A DNA stretch of 64,000 bases from positions 4,024 through 68,023 of the IMG/VR virus record IMGVR_UViG_3300043429_000249. One strand, given 5' to 3'. This DNA comes from a virus. A program made the translations under genes and the position numbers. The notes beneath the pieces were generated by a model that ran no database searches, was not told the origin of the DNA, and saw only the letters and a list, made by a program, of their open reading frames with translations. Shown in pieces: positions 27,475-39,400 of this stretch (position 1 is the first letter of the stretch; every line of letters starts with the position of its first letter).

Positions 27475-28803
27475 TTAGTCAGATTCGCTAATAATTCTTC
27501 CCTGATCTACGATGGCCTGCGAACTAGTCTTTCTGCGACCTTCAAGCCCGAACTCACGACGGTGGGCTTTTTTAGCGGGGATGTTTGCTTCGCTATATGG
27601 CAGTCCAAGCCTATCAAGATACGCTCTACGCACTGCTTGGGCTGACTGAACCGTAGTAGTCGCGTCCGTTAGCGCATCTTTAACCTTACCCTTAGCGGGC
27701 TTACCTGCACGAACCCAAGCACGCCGTGCCAAAGTCAACTTAGTGGTAGCCTCGTTTTCTTCCTTTTCGAGGCTCTTTATGTCCTTGATCGCCGTAGCTG
27801 TAAGCCGTTTAGGCCCCCCACCACTACCACCATCAGAGCGCAGGCCAGCGCGGTAGTTTTCGCCCGCCTCGTTAGCCTGAAACTTCCGCCAGTCGTAAGC
27901 ACGTTCTTTTTCAGCTTCCTCGCTGCGGAACGTACGGCCCGTCTCTTCTTCGTAGCCCTTAATGCCAAGGCCCTGCATTTCCAGAGCTTGTGTTGCGCGT
28001 TGCGCCGCACGGGTATTCTTACCCTGCTCCAGATCAAGGAGACCTTTCTGGATTTCACGCTCTTCGGCGCGACGGTCACGAGCACGTTCGGTCGCTGCAC
28101 CAAGCGCGGGTACCAACGCAGCGCCGATGTTTTGCAGCGCATACGGAGAGTTACCGGCCATCATACCAAAGCCAGCCTCAGCCATAAGCTGGGCTATATC
28201 CTTGCGCCGCTGATCCTTGCGGTACTCAGGGCTACGCCGACGGAGGTAGTCAGCTTCTGCTTCTTCCTCGTACTTGGTCTGCGGCGCACCAAAGAGCGCA
28301 TCACGGATAGCAAGGTTAGCCAGCGGGTCCTTATAGTTGTAGCCGTAATAGGTATCCGTATCACCACCTTTAGCAAACGCAACCAGACCGCCACCGGCAT
28401 AGCCGTCATCAAAGCCACCGTTACGCGACTCGTCGAACATATCATCCGGCAGAGGTAGCGAGGAAAGTCCGCCGCCAGCTGCGTAAGGAGGAACCATACC
28501 ACCTTCCGCCATACCAAGTCCGGCAGCTTCAGGCGCAGGCATAGTTGCGGCTTGCGGAGTAGCACCAAGACCTTGAGGGGCAACCGGCATCTGCGGCTGC
28601 GGACTTAAGAGTTGTTGCGCAACGGTCTGTTGGGGTACCTGCTCCTGCGCGGCAGCGGCACGCATACGCTTGATATGGTCAGCGGCGGCACTAGCAACGA
28701 GCACACCATACGGACCCAGCGCACCTATAGCAGCTGCTTGTGCGATCCTTGGGATATCGCCACCGAACTGTTCCGCGACTTCCTTATAGTTAAGGTCAAG
28801 CAT
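27475..28803 (-). CDS. internal virion / DNA ejection protein
   Basis: Gln/Ala-rich; four AxGG motifs; position in operon. Confidence 0.7.
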   Translation of the reverse strand: MLDLNYKEVAEQFGGDIPRIAQAAAIGALGPYGVLVASAAADHIKRMRAAAAQEQVPQQTVAQQLLSPQPQMPVAPQGLGATPQAATMPAPEAAGLGMAEGGMVPPYAAGGGLSSLPLPDDMFDESRNGGFDDGYAGGGLVAFAKGGDTDTYYGYNYKDPLANLAIRDALFGAPQTKYEEEAEADYLRRRSPEYRKDQRRKDIAQLMAEAGFGMMAGNSPYALQNIGAALVPALGAATERARDRRAEEREIQKGLLDLEQGKNTRAAQRATQALEMQGLGIKGYEEETGRTFRSEEAEKERAYDWRKFQANEAGENYRAGLRSDGGSGGGPKRLTATAIKDIKSLEKEENEATTKLTLARRAWVRAGKPAKGKVKDALTDATTTVQSAQAVRRAYLDRLGLPYSEANIPAKKAHRREFGLEGRRKTSSQAIVDQGRIISESD

Positions 28804-28806
28804 GTC

Positions 28807-29931
28807 TTAGCCGCCCCTGTACATGTTGTAGAGACCCGCCGCACCCAGACCAGCACCAGCGATCTGGCTGAACGTGGACGGCGAAGGTGCGTACGTTGTA
28901 GACGTCGAAGACGGCGTGACTGGCACACCCCGCAGCAGGCTGCTGTACTGCTGGAGCATTTCCAGAGGATAATCGCGCTGACGCAGGAAGTCCTGATAAG
29001 CCAAGTCAAGCTGACGCTGCTGCATCTCCTGCGGCATGGCCGCCGCCTGCTGCTGTGCACCGAGCCGTGCGAGGTCGGCGTTCTGCTGTGCCTGACCGAT
29101 GTTGGTAAGCGTCTGACCCATCTGACCAGCCTGCGCAAGACCAGCCAGCCCCTGCTGCGCACTGAACTGGCGCGACTGCTCCGCCATGCGCTGCGCTTCG
29201 AGCATAGCCTGCTGATTGGCTAGGGATGCTTGCGTACCATATTGCGCACCAAGACCCTGTGTCTGGAGAGCAGCTTGGAGGTTCTGCGTACCCGCCTGCT
29301 GACGCGCCGCACGATCCCGTTCGAATTGCATCTGGGCGCTTTCGTACGCAGACTGCAAGCCACGGGCCTGAATATCGCCCATCTGCTGACCGAGATTACG
29401 TTCACGCTCCAAGGACGCAAGTAGCTGACGGCTACCACCATAGGACCCCTGACGGGCAGCGCCGAGGTCTTCCGCAAGCTGGCCGCGCTTCGCGCTGTAC
29501 ACGGCTTCCCGCATCTGCGGTTCCAGCGCCTGCTGGATGAACGGCGACATATACTGCGCAGCTTGCGCACCGCCGAACTGCTCCGGGCCTTCCATCTGGA
29601 AATAGTTAAGGCGCGGCCCGCGCACCTGCTGGGCATAGAACTGGCTAGGGTCGTATTGACCCGCCTGTAAGGACCCAAGACCTGCGGCAGTAGCCAGCCC
29701 TGTAGCAGAACCGAACTGATCCGGCGTCTGCATCCCAAGTACGTTCTGCTGGACCCGCTGCTGTTCCGGGGTGTACCCGGCAATACGTTCCTGCCCGTAA
29801 GGAGTGTAGCCCTGCGAAAGCAAAGACTGCCCGCGCTGCATCATAGTCTCAAAATACGGGCGTGCGTATTCCGGGAGGTTAGACTGGGTTACTTCCTGTT
29901 TGACCGGTTGACTGCTACCGCCCTTAGCCAT
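28807..29931 (-). CDS. DNA transfer / pilot-like internal virion protein
   Basis: Start revised to MAKGGSS; Q/G-rich; C-terminal IAGAGLGAAGL. Confidence 0.7.
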   Translation of the reverse strand: MAKGGSSQPVKQEVTQSNLPEYARPYFETMMQRGQSLLSQGYTPYGQERIAGYTPEQQRVQQNVLGMQTPDQFGSATGLATAAGLGSLQAGQYDPSQFYAQQVRGPRLNYFQMEGPEQFGGAQAAQYMSPFIQQALEPQMREAVYSAKRGQLAEDLGAARQGSYGGSRQLLASLERERNLGQQMGDIQARGLQSAYESAQMQFERDRAARQQAGTQNLQAALQTQGLGAQYGTQASLANQQAMLEAQRMAEQSRQFSAQQGLAGLAQAGQMGQTLTNIGQAQQNADLARLGAQQQAAAMPQEMQQRQLDLAYQDFLRQRDYPLEMLQQYSSLLRGVPVTPSSTSTTYAPSPSTFSQIAGAGLGAAGLYNMYRGG

Positions 29932-30364
29932 CTTGACCTCCAAGACCCGTTTCAGCCACGGGCAATTCGAACACCTGCCACAATACACGATAACCGTCAT
30001 CACGGAAAGCACGGGAGAGGCCCGCCCTACCGGATGCCTCGATTACGTCGCATTCATTATCCGCTGCCCAATGCTGGAGCATTTTCAGCATGTCGTCTTT
30101 CCAGCTAAACCCGTCATTCCCCGCAAGGAAAACCAGATCAAGGCACTTTTTACGCGGATACTGCCAAAACCGCGTCACAGTAATCCCAGCAATTTCGTCA
30201 CCGTCTAACACAATCCAGAGCTGGGCTTCCCCGTTTGCCACGACGGCAAAAATATCCTCCGGGTAGTATCGCCCGAACGTATACTCCGCAGCCTTATGCA
30301 GATGCGGAAATACCTTAGGCCACAACCCTTCGATAAACTCGGTCGGGACGAGGGACACCTGCAT
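29924..30364 (-). CDS. conserved phage protein (GNAT-like fold?)
   Basis: QLW...YPRKK...LAG...GRAGL; typical position. Confidence 0.6.
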   Translation of the reverse strand: MQVSLVPTEFIEGLWPKVFPHLHKAAEYTFGRYYPEDIFAVVANGEAQLWIVLDGDEIAGITVTRFWQYPRKKCLDLVFLAGNDGFSWKDDMLKMLQHWAADNECDVIEASGRAGLSRAFRDDGYRVLWQVFELPVAETGLGGQDG

Positions 30365-31833
30365 TAAGCAAGGCCCCGACGTAGTTTAGTGTCTTCGCCT
30401 CGGTCTGCCCTCTTCCGCGCCTTATGAGCCTTATCCATAAGAGCGTATAGCTTATCCGCGCCGCGCTTAGGGTTACCCTTACCAATACGTTTCACAGCAT
30501 GGGCAGGGACAATGACTTCATCACGGGCGACGCGAGCCGGTTGGTCGCTACCGATACGGGCAGGGATACTATCACTTACCCCATCCCCCGGACCATCAAC
30601 CGCTTTACCACCGATCCCACGCAGGATTTCCTTACCAGCGTTGCTGCTACCATTACCGATTTCAGACACCGTGCGAGCGTCGAGCACAAAGGCTCCGTCC
30701 GACAATTCGATTTCGCCACCGTCCGCATAGCCCGTGCTTTGGTCCCCCATAAAGGGTACCCACCGCTGGCCGTAGAGGGGTGTCGTATCTTTCTTTTTAC
30801 CTGTACCCGGCATCAAATAGTTTTGGAGGATCGGCGTGCCCGGCGCAGTTGCCGTGCCCGGCTGCACAAGCTCACCAGTCACATTGCGGATTTCCGGCAC
30901 GTCGACACCGAAATAGTCCCGTTCCTTGGTAGAGGAAAGCAAGTCGGCAGTAGTCGGTGCAAACGTAGCGGTGCGCTGTTGCGCAACGTACGGACCAGCA
31001 TAAGAGTTATCAGGACGCATGGACGAAGGTCCCGCAACACCGGAAGGTGCCATAGCACCGCTGACGCCCTGCATAAGCCCGGAAGCTGCCAGCATGGGAG
31101 CAGCCTTACCGACGATACCGCCGGGGAGACCCGCACGAGCGGTTTGTGCAAAACTACCAAAGAAGCCCGGGTTTGCGGCTTGGTAGGCCCCTGTCGGAAG
31201 TCCAGAAGCTGCGGCAGTCTTAGCGGCATCTGCCGTGATCCCACCAAGCGTTTGGGCTGCGGCGCTCGTGACACCTGCACCCATATTCGCACCGAGGATG
31301 CCTGCTTTGTCGCCCAACAACCCAAACGCATTACCCCCAGCGAGCTTACCCCCCAAACCAGCAGCGCCCGCGAACGAAGCGCCGCCAAAAGCACCAAGAC
31401 CAGCCATGAGGCCCTTCTTAAGCGAGCCAGTAGCAGCGGTGTTGCCTAAACCTACGATACCAGCAGCAAGCGGAGCACCTACACCAGTAGCCGCAAGGGC
31501 TGCACCAAGGATGGTCGGCAGCAGCTTACCGAGGAAGCCAGCCTCCGGGAGGCCCGTATCAGGGTTAATGGTAAGCGAACCGCCATGCGCCATAGCCAGC
31601 CCTTGGAGGCTATTAACCTCGTCCGGCGTCATGTGCACAAGCATGGTATCTTGGCCCCGCCCATGGGACTGAAGCTGCTGGGCTAATGGGTTCGCAAGCA
31701 CAGACAGACCACCCTGCGAAGGGAGACCACCGGACCTGCCGGGTACCTGTTGACCAAGCACAGGAGGATTGCCGACGGTCGCAGGCGCACCGCCAGCTGG
31801 GGTGTATGTCGGAGGAGCAGCCTGAATGTTCAT
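30364..31833 (-). CDS. internal virion protein
   Basis: GRGQDTMLVH, TINPDTGLPE, GPGDGVSDSIPA motifs. Confidence 0.7.
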   Translation of the reverse strand: MNIQAAPPTYTPAGGAPATVGNPPVLGQQVPGRSGGLPSQGGLSVLANPLAQQLQSHGRGQDTMLVHMTPDEVNSLQGLAMAHGGSLTINPDTGLPEAGFLGKLLPTILGAALAATGVGAPLAAGIVGLGNTAATGSLKKGLMAGLGAFGGASFAGAAGLGGKLAGGNAFGLLGDKAGILGANMGAGVTSAAAQTLGGITADAAKTAAASGLPTGAYQAANPGFFGSFAQTARAGLPGGIVGKAAPMLAASGLMQGVSGAMAPSGVAGPSSMRPDNSYAGPYVAQQRTATFAPTTADLLSSTKERDYFGVDVPEIRNVTGELVQPGTATAPGTPILQNYLMPGTGKKKDTTPLYGQRWVPFMGDQSTGYADGGEIELSDGAFVLDARTVSEIGNGSSNAGKEILRGIGGKAVDGPGDGVSDSIPARIGSDQPARVARDEVIVPAHAVKRIGKGNPKRGADKLYALMDKAHKARKRADRGEDTKLRRGLA

Positions 31834-31898
31834 CCCAATTCCCTACCTTGTGCCTACGCTTATAGCGGCAATTTGCTTAAAACCAAAGCCCTTACACA

Positions 31899-32606
31899 TC
31901 ACGCAGCTCTCGATACAAAGAACGCTTCGACAATAGCCGACGGTGTAGCCGGAATAGCCGGTGTTACCCCCGCCGAATAAGTCACGGCAGGGAGATGTTC
32001 CATGACAACACTTGTGCTGGTCGTGCACCACATAACTTCGACCCAGACACCCGCTGCCTCCGCAAACCCGCTGAACGGCGTAACTGCGACCAAGAAGGAC
32101 GGGTCGCCTGTGGATTTCCGAGCAGGGATGGTGAACTTACTATTTGAATTGGGCACATCGACGGTAGTCGTACCGTTATGGTAGCGCAGCCAGATGTCTA
32201 CGGACTGGGCATCGTTAGTTGGGTTTTTAAACGATAAGCTGTACGTCAGCATGTAGATGCCGGGAGCCGAAAAGGTAATCCGTGTATCGTTCGCACCTGT
32301 GATGGAGATGCCATCCGTGAAACTCGTAATCTCAAGTTTCACGGCGTAGGCTTGGTCGATAGCCGCCGCTGTCTGGTCCACGTTGCTTATGAACTGGTTA
32401 TGGGGGAAGTAGACGTCCGTCCCGTTCCCATGCAGATTGCCACCGTAGAAATCATCAGCCGTATAGGCTTGCGCATGGTTCGGCGTGTTGCTGTCCATCT
32501 GGGAGAAGTAGGTTTCCAAGACGCGGATAACCTGCCGCATGTACTGTGCATCCCATTGCGCCGGGGGGTTAGGCAGTGGTGCTGCCTTGAACTTGTCCAT
32601 CGCCAT
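31899..32606 (-). CDS. tail needle/knob-like virion protein
   Basis: Follows the gp10-like gene; beta-rich C-terminus. Confidence 0.55.
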   Translation of the reverse strand: MAMDKFKAAPLPNPPAQWDAQYMRQVIRVLETYFSQMDSNTPNHAQAYTADDFYGGNLHGNGTDVYFPHNQFISNVDQTAAAIDQAYAVKLEITSFTDGISITGANDTRITFSAPGIYMLTYSLSFKNPTNDAQSVDIWLRYHNGTTTVDVPNSNSKFTIPARKSTGDPSFLVAVTPFSGFAEAAGVWVEVMWCTTSTSVVMEHLPAVTYSAGVTPAIPATPSAIVEAFFVSRAA

Positions 32607-34528
32607 TAGCGGGTTCCATCCGGTCGGGCGTCAAGGCGGGGAGCACCGAGTTGCCATTGGACACCAAGATTTTCGGAACGGATTTTGAACGCCATCTGCC
32701 TTGCCCGCGCACGCATAAAGACCTGATCGGTATACCGGCCAACCGAGGTTTCGATGACGCGCTGAGTGTCCGCAGGGTCCGAGCTGAACGCACTTCCGGG
32801 GAAGTTCCGGGGTCGAACTTGAAGGGTAACTTCTGGGCTGTTGGCAGTGGAGTTGTTGAAGTCAACGTCAGGCAGGATGCGTCGGACGAGCATGAACCTA
32901 TCGCCGTCGTCGAGGTCGAAGTCAGAAGATTGGATGTAGCTATCCATCGGTGCGCCATCGTCGTCTAAACCATCCTCATGGTTGTACACATAGCCATTGC
33001 CCGTCGTGACGTTGTTGCCGTCAACGGTGATCGTCGTATTCGCAGCCAGTGGGAACTGGCGCAGCGGAGTATCCAGCCAAGCCGTGCGGTCCACGTAGCC
33101 GTAGTACCAGATGCGCTCCAGATGGTTATAGATCACATAGGCGTTGTTATAATCGCTGTCGGCAGTCGGGTAGAACCACCAGACTTCATTCCACTGCTCG
33201 TTGGTGCCGCAGACGACCTGATCGGACTGATCGAAGTTAATGTTGCTGAAGATGTGGTCGCGCAGGGTGCAGGGGAGCGTTTCGACACGGCCCGTATAGG
33301 CGTAGAACTTATCCTGCCCCATCCAATAGGTGATGTTGGCCGCAGACGCCATGGCGCGGGGAGACGCGACCGAGATGTTATCGGCATATTCCTGCAACCC
33401 GAACACGTCCAACGTGCCGAGGAACTGGAGGGTATAGAGGTTGGTGTCGGTCCAGATCAGGACTTCCTGCCGGGTAGGCATACCGCGCACGATGCGCGAA
33501 CCGCGAGACACACGGAGATCACCAGCCGTGTTGGTCTGGCTTGGTGTCCAGTCCCCCGGCGTATCTTGGTCAGCCCAGCGGATCAGAAGCGGATCGAAGT
33601 CGGCAGCACTTGTCGAGCCAAACGGCACAGCGCCAAGGGCCAGCAGGTGTTTGTCCTGCTGGGATACCAGCAACTGCATAACTTTTACGGGAACCGCGTT
33701 GGGGTCGAACCCTTCGCCGTCGGCATAGTCCTGCAACGTGATGGCATGCGTACCAAGAGCATTGGTAGGATCAGTGGTCGTCCCACGGACCCACCAGTAA
33801 GGTGCCCCATTGCGGATATTCATCGCAAGATCATTGTCAAAGTTATCGAACCACCAGTCCTGTTGGGGGAGGTTAACACCCCCAGCGGTAGCCCCAAGAC
33901 CCCAAGCGTCACGACCCCAAGTACCGGCACCCCAACCTACACCTTGGATGCTGATGGCATTACCCGGTTCGATTTCCACCTGTACGGTATACCCGGAACC
34001 ACTGACCGAGGTGGTGGAGGACGCAGAGGTAGAAGTGGTAAAGGTAAAGCTGTTCGCACCCGTCTTGGTAATCGTACGGACGCCGTTAATCTCCGTGATC
34101 GGGATACCACCAAGAGCCGACACGAACCCAGCAATCTTAACAGGTTCGCCTGTTTGCAGCCATGCAGGTAGAGCAGTTGTCGTGGTGACGGTGACTAGAG
34201 CAACGCCAGTGCTAACCGCAAAGGTATTAGACCCAGCGAGCGCCGTGCCGAACGGGGTGATGTCGTAATAGTAGCCACCGTTTTCGATATAGACCTTCTC
34301 GTTCGTGCCGACCGCAAGCAGGTTGTCGCTATAGGTCGTAATCCAGTTCCACATCTGGCGGCAGACGCCTTCGTAGGTTTCAGGCGTAGCCTTGGCCCAT
34401 CCACCGATCTTTTGTGGATAGCCGGAACGGAACCTGATCTTGTCGCACTCGTACCAGCCGCCCTCGTTGGAGTAATCGGTCTGGTCTCGGTTGACGCCCG
34501 GTTTGAACTGGAGCTTGATGAAGGCCAC
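32606..34528 (-). CDS. tail hub / P22 gp10-like stabilisation protein
   Basis: 640 aa, beta-propeller-like W-rich repeats, ends PDGTR. Confidence 0.75.
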   Translation of the reverse strand: MAFIKLQFKPGVNRDQTDYSNEGGWYECDKIRFRSGYPQKIGGWAKATPETYEGVCRQMWNWITTYSDNLLAVGTNEKVYIENGGYYYDITPFGTALAGSNTFAVSTGVALVTVTTTTALPAWLQTGEPVKIAGFVSALGGIPITEINGVRTITKTGANSFTFTTSTSASSTTSVSGSGYTVQVEIEPGNAISIQGVGWGAGTWGRDAWGLGATAGGVNLPQQDWWFDNFDNDLAMNIRNGAPYWWVRGTTTDPTNALGTHAITLQDYADGEGFDPNAVPVKVMQLLVSQQDKHLLALGAVPFGSTSAADFDPLLIRWADQDTPGDWTPSQTNTAGDLRVSRGSRIVRGMPTRQEVLIWTDTNLYTLQFLGTLDVFGLQEYADNISVASPRAMASAANITYWMGQDKFYAYTGRVETLPCTLRDHIFSNINFDQSDQVVCGTNEQWNEVWWFYPTADSDYNNAYVIYNHLERIWYYGYVDRTAWLDTPLRQFPLAANTTITVDGNNVTTGNGYVYNHEDGLDDDGAPMDSYIQSSDFDLDDGDRFMLVRRILPDVDFNNSTANSPEVTLQVRPRNFPGSAFSSDPADTQRVIETSVGRYTDQVFMRARARQMAFKIRSENLGVQWQLGAPRLDARPDGTR

Positions 34529-34538
34529 TTAGTGCTCC

Positions 34539-35165
34539 TTAGGTATAGGCAAACGAAACTTGGCCACGTGCGCCGCCACCAGATACTGCGCTGCCGTAAT
34601 CTGGGCCACTACCGCCGCCACCGCCACCCGGAGCAGTACCAGCAGTAGCACCAGCCCCACCAGCCCCACCACCCGGCGAGGCGCCAGCACCACCCCAGCT
34701 GCCAAATGTTGGGTCAGAATTAGCAAAACCATTAGAACCTGATGTGTTAGTATCGCCGCCAGTCGCCGTTCCTCCAGCACCACCAGTGGTCGTCGTACCA
34801 CCGGCACCACCATTAGCGGTCATGCTTACAGAGCCACCAGATACAGTACCGGAAACACTAGAGGCGTTACCGTTGAACCCTGTGCCACTGCCGCTGCGAC
34901 CCGCCACGGTTGCGCCAACCGTATAGGTCATTGTGTTGCCACCAGTGACAGCAATAGTTTTAACCGAGCGGGCACCGCCGCCGCCGCCGCCGCCAGCTGT
35001 GGTAGCATTAAAGCCACCTGCGCCGCCACCGCCATAAATAGTAATGACGACCTGCGTGGCCCCCGACGGGACTGTTTCGGTAGCCGCCGTCCCGGTGGTG
35101 TATGTGTTCGTAACAGGAGTGAAACCCGCCGACGCCGCCAAGATTGCCATTTGAATACCACTCAT
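34539..35165 (-). CDS. glycine-rich tail protein
   Basis: GGGG tracts, VPSG, TANGG. Confidence 0.7.
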   Translation of the reverse strand: MSGIQMAILAASAGFTPVTNTYTTGTAATETVPSGATQVVITIYGGGGAGGFNATTAGGGGGGGARSVKTIAVTGGNTMTYTVGATVAGRSGSGTGFNGNASSVSGTVSGGSVSMTANGGAGGTTTTGGAGGTATGGDTNTSGSNGFANSDPTFGSWGGAGASPGGGAGGAGATAGTAPGGGGGGSGPDYGSAVSGGGARGQVSFAYT

Positions 35166-35180
35166 CGGATGGCCCTTACC

Positions 35181-36455
35181 TTATGACTTCATGATGTAGC
35201 AAAGCGCATAGTACGGAGGCAGGTTTGCGTTGGTAGCGCTTGACCCTTCCGTGCTGATACCGACAGAAATACCCGTGGTCGCAGACGACGTCGATCCGTT
35301 TTGAGCGGTGGAGTTAACACCCAACTGCGTCTGCACTGTACCACCGGAGGAAGTTGAACCCGGTAAGTTGTGCGTGTGGCCCGGATCAGTAACGGTAGCA
35401 GTATGGGTGTGGCTGACCAGTGTGGCATTTGCAGAACCGCCCGTCGAACCGACAGCGTAAGTAGACCCCGCACCGACCACGAACCGGTCACGGAGGTCGG
35501 GAGTGCTATTTGTACCGTCGCAGAGTACCCAGCCAGCCGGAATGGAAGCAGCGGAACCAGACCACAGCAAGATAACGCCGGATGGCACTGCACTGATCGC
35601 AACGTCGCCAGACCCAAGCAGAGAGGTACCGTTGACCGTTTTGATATTCGTACCCGAAACGAGCGTAGCCTGCGCACCCAGTGCCGTGCGGGTGTCAGCC
35701 GCACTAAGAGCGGAGACGGTGTTGTCTGCGTTGAACCGGGGGAACGTGACCGCGCTCGGGTTGGTGATCGTAAAGAGATTACCGCCAAGGGTCGTAGCGC
35801 CAAGGTTCGTACGCGCACCCGAAGCAGTGTTAGCCCCCGTGCCGCCATCGGAGATGGCAAGGTCCGTAATACCTGAAATTGACCCGCTGGTGATCGTGAT
35901 ATTGCTGATATTGCCGCCAGTAATCGTCACATCGTTCGCGTTCTGGACAGCCAGTGTACCCAGACCAAGATTTGTCCGTGCACCCGAAGCGGTGTTGGCC
36001 CCAGTGCCACCTTGAGCGGTAGCAAGTGCCGTGCCCAGCGTCAGCGATGTCAGGTGGTTAGTTACGTCTACGACGTTAGTACCATCCGTATAGACCCACA
36101 TGGTCTTACCAGCGGGGACGGTGATACCCGAGCCAGCCGCAGTCTTAACCACGATGCTGTCAGCGCAGTCGTTCTGAACAATATAGGGTTTTTCGATTGA
36201 CGGTACGACAAGGTTACGGGTCGAACCCCCTGTAGTCCCGGTGCAACGCAGACGCACGTTGCGGGCAGTCTGGGATGAGTTGGTGTCCGTCAAAGACAGC
36301 GTGACGTTGCCGCTGGCAAAGGTGACATCAGCCGAGCCGATAATGGCTTCTTCGATGGCGGTGCCAAGGTTAAGGTTCGTCACCGTGCCCCATGTCGTCG
36401 AGTTCTCACCCGTCGTCATAAGCTGGATTTTAAGGGTGCTGTACGTACTAGCCAT
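35181..36455 (-). CDS. tail fibre with collar domain
   Basis: GGTGA..ARTNLG repeats; PSGVILLWSG...PDLRDRF...NLPPYYAL. Confidence 0.85.
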   Translation of the reverse strand: MASTYSTLKIQLMTTGENSTTWGTVTNLNLGTAIEEAIIGSADVTFASGNVTLSLTDTNSSQTARNVRLRCTGTTGGSTRNLVVPSIEKPYIVQNDCADSIVVKTAAGSGITVPAGKTMWVYTDGTNVVDVTNHLTSLTLGTALATAQGGTGANTASGARTNLGLGTLAVQNANDVTITGGNISNITITSGSISGITDLAISDGGTGANTASGARTNLGATTLGGNLFTITNPSAVTFPRFNADNTVSALSAADTRTALGAQATLVSGTNIKTVNGTSLLGSGDVAISAVPSGVILLWSGSAASIPAGWVLCDGTNSTPDLRDRFVVGAGSTYAVGSTGGSANATLVSHTHTATVTDPGHTHNLPGSTSSGGTVQTQLGVNSTAQNGSTSSATTGISVGISTEGSSATNANLPPYYALCYIMKS

Positions 36456-36464
36456 CTTCGTTCC

Positions 36465-39400
36465 TTACGTTGGGATTTCTACCCAAACAACAGTATTGCC
36501 GTCCACTACCTGTACCCAGTTCCCACTTTGGGAATCGTTAATCGTTTGCCAGTTCGGCGTCTGAGTGTCGTCTATACCAGACCATCCAGCACTTTGCGAG
36601 TCATTAACACTCTGCCAGTCCGGTGTCTGGACATCGGTAACTTCCTGCCAGTTCGGTGTCTGAGCGTCGTTAATTGTCGCCCATACGCCAGCCTGTGCGT
36701 CATCGACTGGTACCCACATCGGGACCTGTGCATCGTTGATCGCCTGCCAGTTCGGTGTCTGTGCGTCGTCAACCCCGTTCCAGTTCGCTGTCTGGGCATC
36801 GTTGACAGGAATCCAGTTCGGGTCCTGTGCCGGAGTAATCGGGTTCCACTTGGGGATTTCAACAGTACCGACCTGCCCAGCAGCGGACACACCGAGAACG
36901 GTGAGGATAGCCCTGCCGCTAACAGTAACGGTGCCGACAGACGCCGCAGCCGAAACCCCGGAGACAACGACCATAGTGCCGGTATCAGCAGTGGCCGTAC
37001 CAATCGTACCCGTAGCGGCTACGCCAGTAACCTCAACCTGTTGGCCAATTACAACGTCTACGGTGCCGACGGTACCCGTAGCGGAAACACCTGTGACATC
37101 TACATCTGCACGAGCAGCTGTATCGACGGTACCAACCAGACCATCTGCGGCTACGCCCGTTACGCTGACGTTGGTATTATTCCGAACTTCGACTTCAAGC
37201 CCAGAGAACGGAACAACGGAGAAGCCAGAGAAGCCCAGCAGAGCTGTGTTGTCTACGTTCCCAACGGCCTCGCTGACGTCACCGATCTCCCCAGTGGCGG
37301 AGACACCAACAAGTTCGGTGTTGGCTTTAGCTTCGACCGTAGCAGTACCGACCGAGCCAGTAGCCGATACGCCGGTTACGTAGTATGAAGAGCGAGTCGT
37401 TACATCGCCTACAAAACCATTGGCTTCTACACCGGTAACCGTGAAATTCGTATCGGTGGTTACATCAGCGGTGCCGACAAGGCCGTTGGCCGAAACACCA
37501 GTGACTGAAACGTTAATCCGCTGGGGTGTCTCGACCCCAGAGAAGGGCACGGATGCGAAGGGCGAGAAGCCCAACACCATCGTGTTATCGACGTTCCCGA
37601 CGGCTTCGGTAACGTCACCGATCTCCCCAGTGGCGGAGACACCGGAGACAAACACCGTCTCGACGTTGGTGGTAGCAGTGCCAACAAGACCGCTAGCCGA
37701 AACACCGGTAACTTCGACGTTGGTGTTATTACGAACCGATTCTTCTACGCCCGCAAACGGAACAGCGGAGAAGGGCGAGAAGCCCAACACCATCGTATTA
37801 TCAATGTTGCCGACAGCCTCGGTTACATCTCCGATCTGCCCGGTGCCTACGACGCCTGTGAGTGTGGTGTTGGCTTTAGCTGAGGTATCTACTGTACCGA
37901 CTGCACCAGAAGCAGAGACCCCAGTAACTGCAACCTGCCTGCCGAGCGCGACAAAGACGGAACCAACAAGCCCCGAAGCGGAGACACCAGTTACGAGGAC
38001 GCTGATGCCCGTACCAACCTGAACGGTACCAAGTAGCCCGTTAGCAACCACGCCGGTCAGAGTGGTATTGGCTTTACCAGTTTCGGTGGTGTCCCCGATA
38101 GCACCAGTGGCAGCAACGCCAGTTACGCTTACATTGGTATTATCCCGCTGTTTGGTCTCGACCCCAGAGAAGGGCACGGATGCAAAGGGCGAGAAGCCCA
38201 GCACCATGGTGTTATCAACGTTCCCAACGGCTTCGCTGACATCACCAGTTTGCCCAGTGCCTTCAACACCTGTGGGCGTAGTGTTAGCTTGGCCGGAAGT
38301 AGCTACAGTACCGACGGCACCAGAGGCCGATACGCCAGTGACGTAGTAACCAAAACTGAACGATACCGTGCCAATCGCACCAGTAGCGAAAACGCCGGTT
38401 ACACTGGTACTTGCGCCAATACCGACCTGAACCGTGCCGACTGATCCATTTGCAAAGACGCCGTTGACTTCGGTATTGGCTTTAGCGGAAATAGCGACCG
38501 TGCCGACTGCACCTGTGGCGGATACGCCAGTTACGCTTACATTGGTATTATCCCGCTGTTTGGTTTCAACGCCGGAGAAGGGCACAGCTGCGAAGGGCGA
38601 GAAGCCCAGCACCATTGTGTTATCAACGTTCCCAACGGCTTCGGTAACGTCACCGATTTGTCCGGTGCCTTCAACACCTGTGGGCGTAGTGTTAGCCTTA
38701 GCAGAGATGGTTACGGTACCAACTGCACCAGAGGCCGATACGCCAGTGACGTAGTAGCTAAATCTGAACGCTACAGTGCCAATTGCACCGGTAGCGGAAA
38801 CACCGGTTACGGTTGTGTTGCTGCCAATACCAACCTGAACGGTACCTACTGACCCACTGGCGAAAACACCGCTGACCTCGGTATTGGCCTTGCCTGCGAT
38901 AGCGACCGTACCGACAGTGCCTGTGGCGGATACACCCGTGACGTTGGTGTTAGTATTGTTGCGTTGGCGCTCTTCCACACCGGAGAAGGGCACAGCTGCG
39001 AAGGGCGAGAAGCCCAACACCATGGTGTTATCAACGTTCCCAACGGCTTCGCTGACGTCACCGATCTGCCCAGTGCCTACTACACCCGTTAGCGTAGTGT
39101 TAGCTTTGGCAGCGACGGTTACGGTACCAACTGCACCCGACCCAGAGACGCCAGTGACGTAGTAGGACGAGCGGAAAGTTACCGTGCCAGTAAAGCCGGT
39201 GGCAGTGACACCATTTACGGTTGTGTTGGCCTTGCCCGATACGGCTACAGTACCGACCAACCCTGAAGCAGATACACCCGTAAGAGTGGTGTTAGCTTTA
39301 GCGGAAATAGCGACCGTGCCAACTGCACCGGAAGCAGCTACACCCGTGACGTTGGTATTAGTATTGTTGCGTTGGCGCTCTTCCACACCGGAGAACGGAA

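Noticed and set aside
21529-34171. Numerous 100-400 aa plus-strand ORFs within the virion arm
   Set aside because: Fully overlap well-supported minus-strand genes; expected in GC-rich DNA
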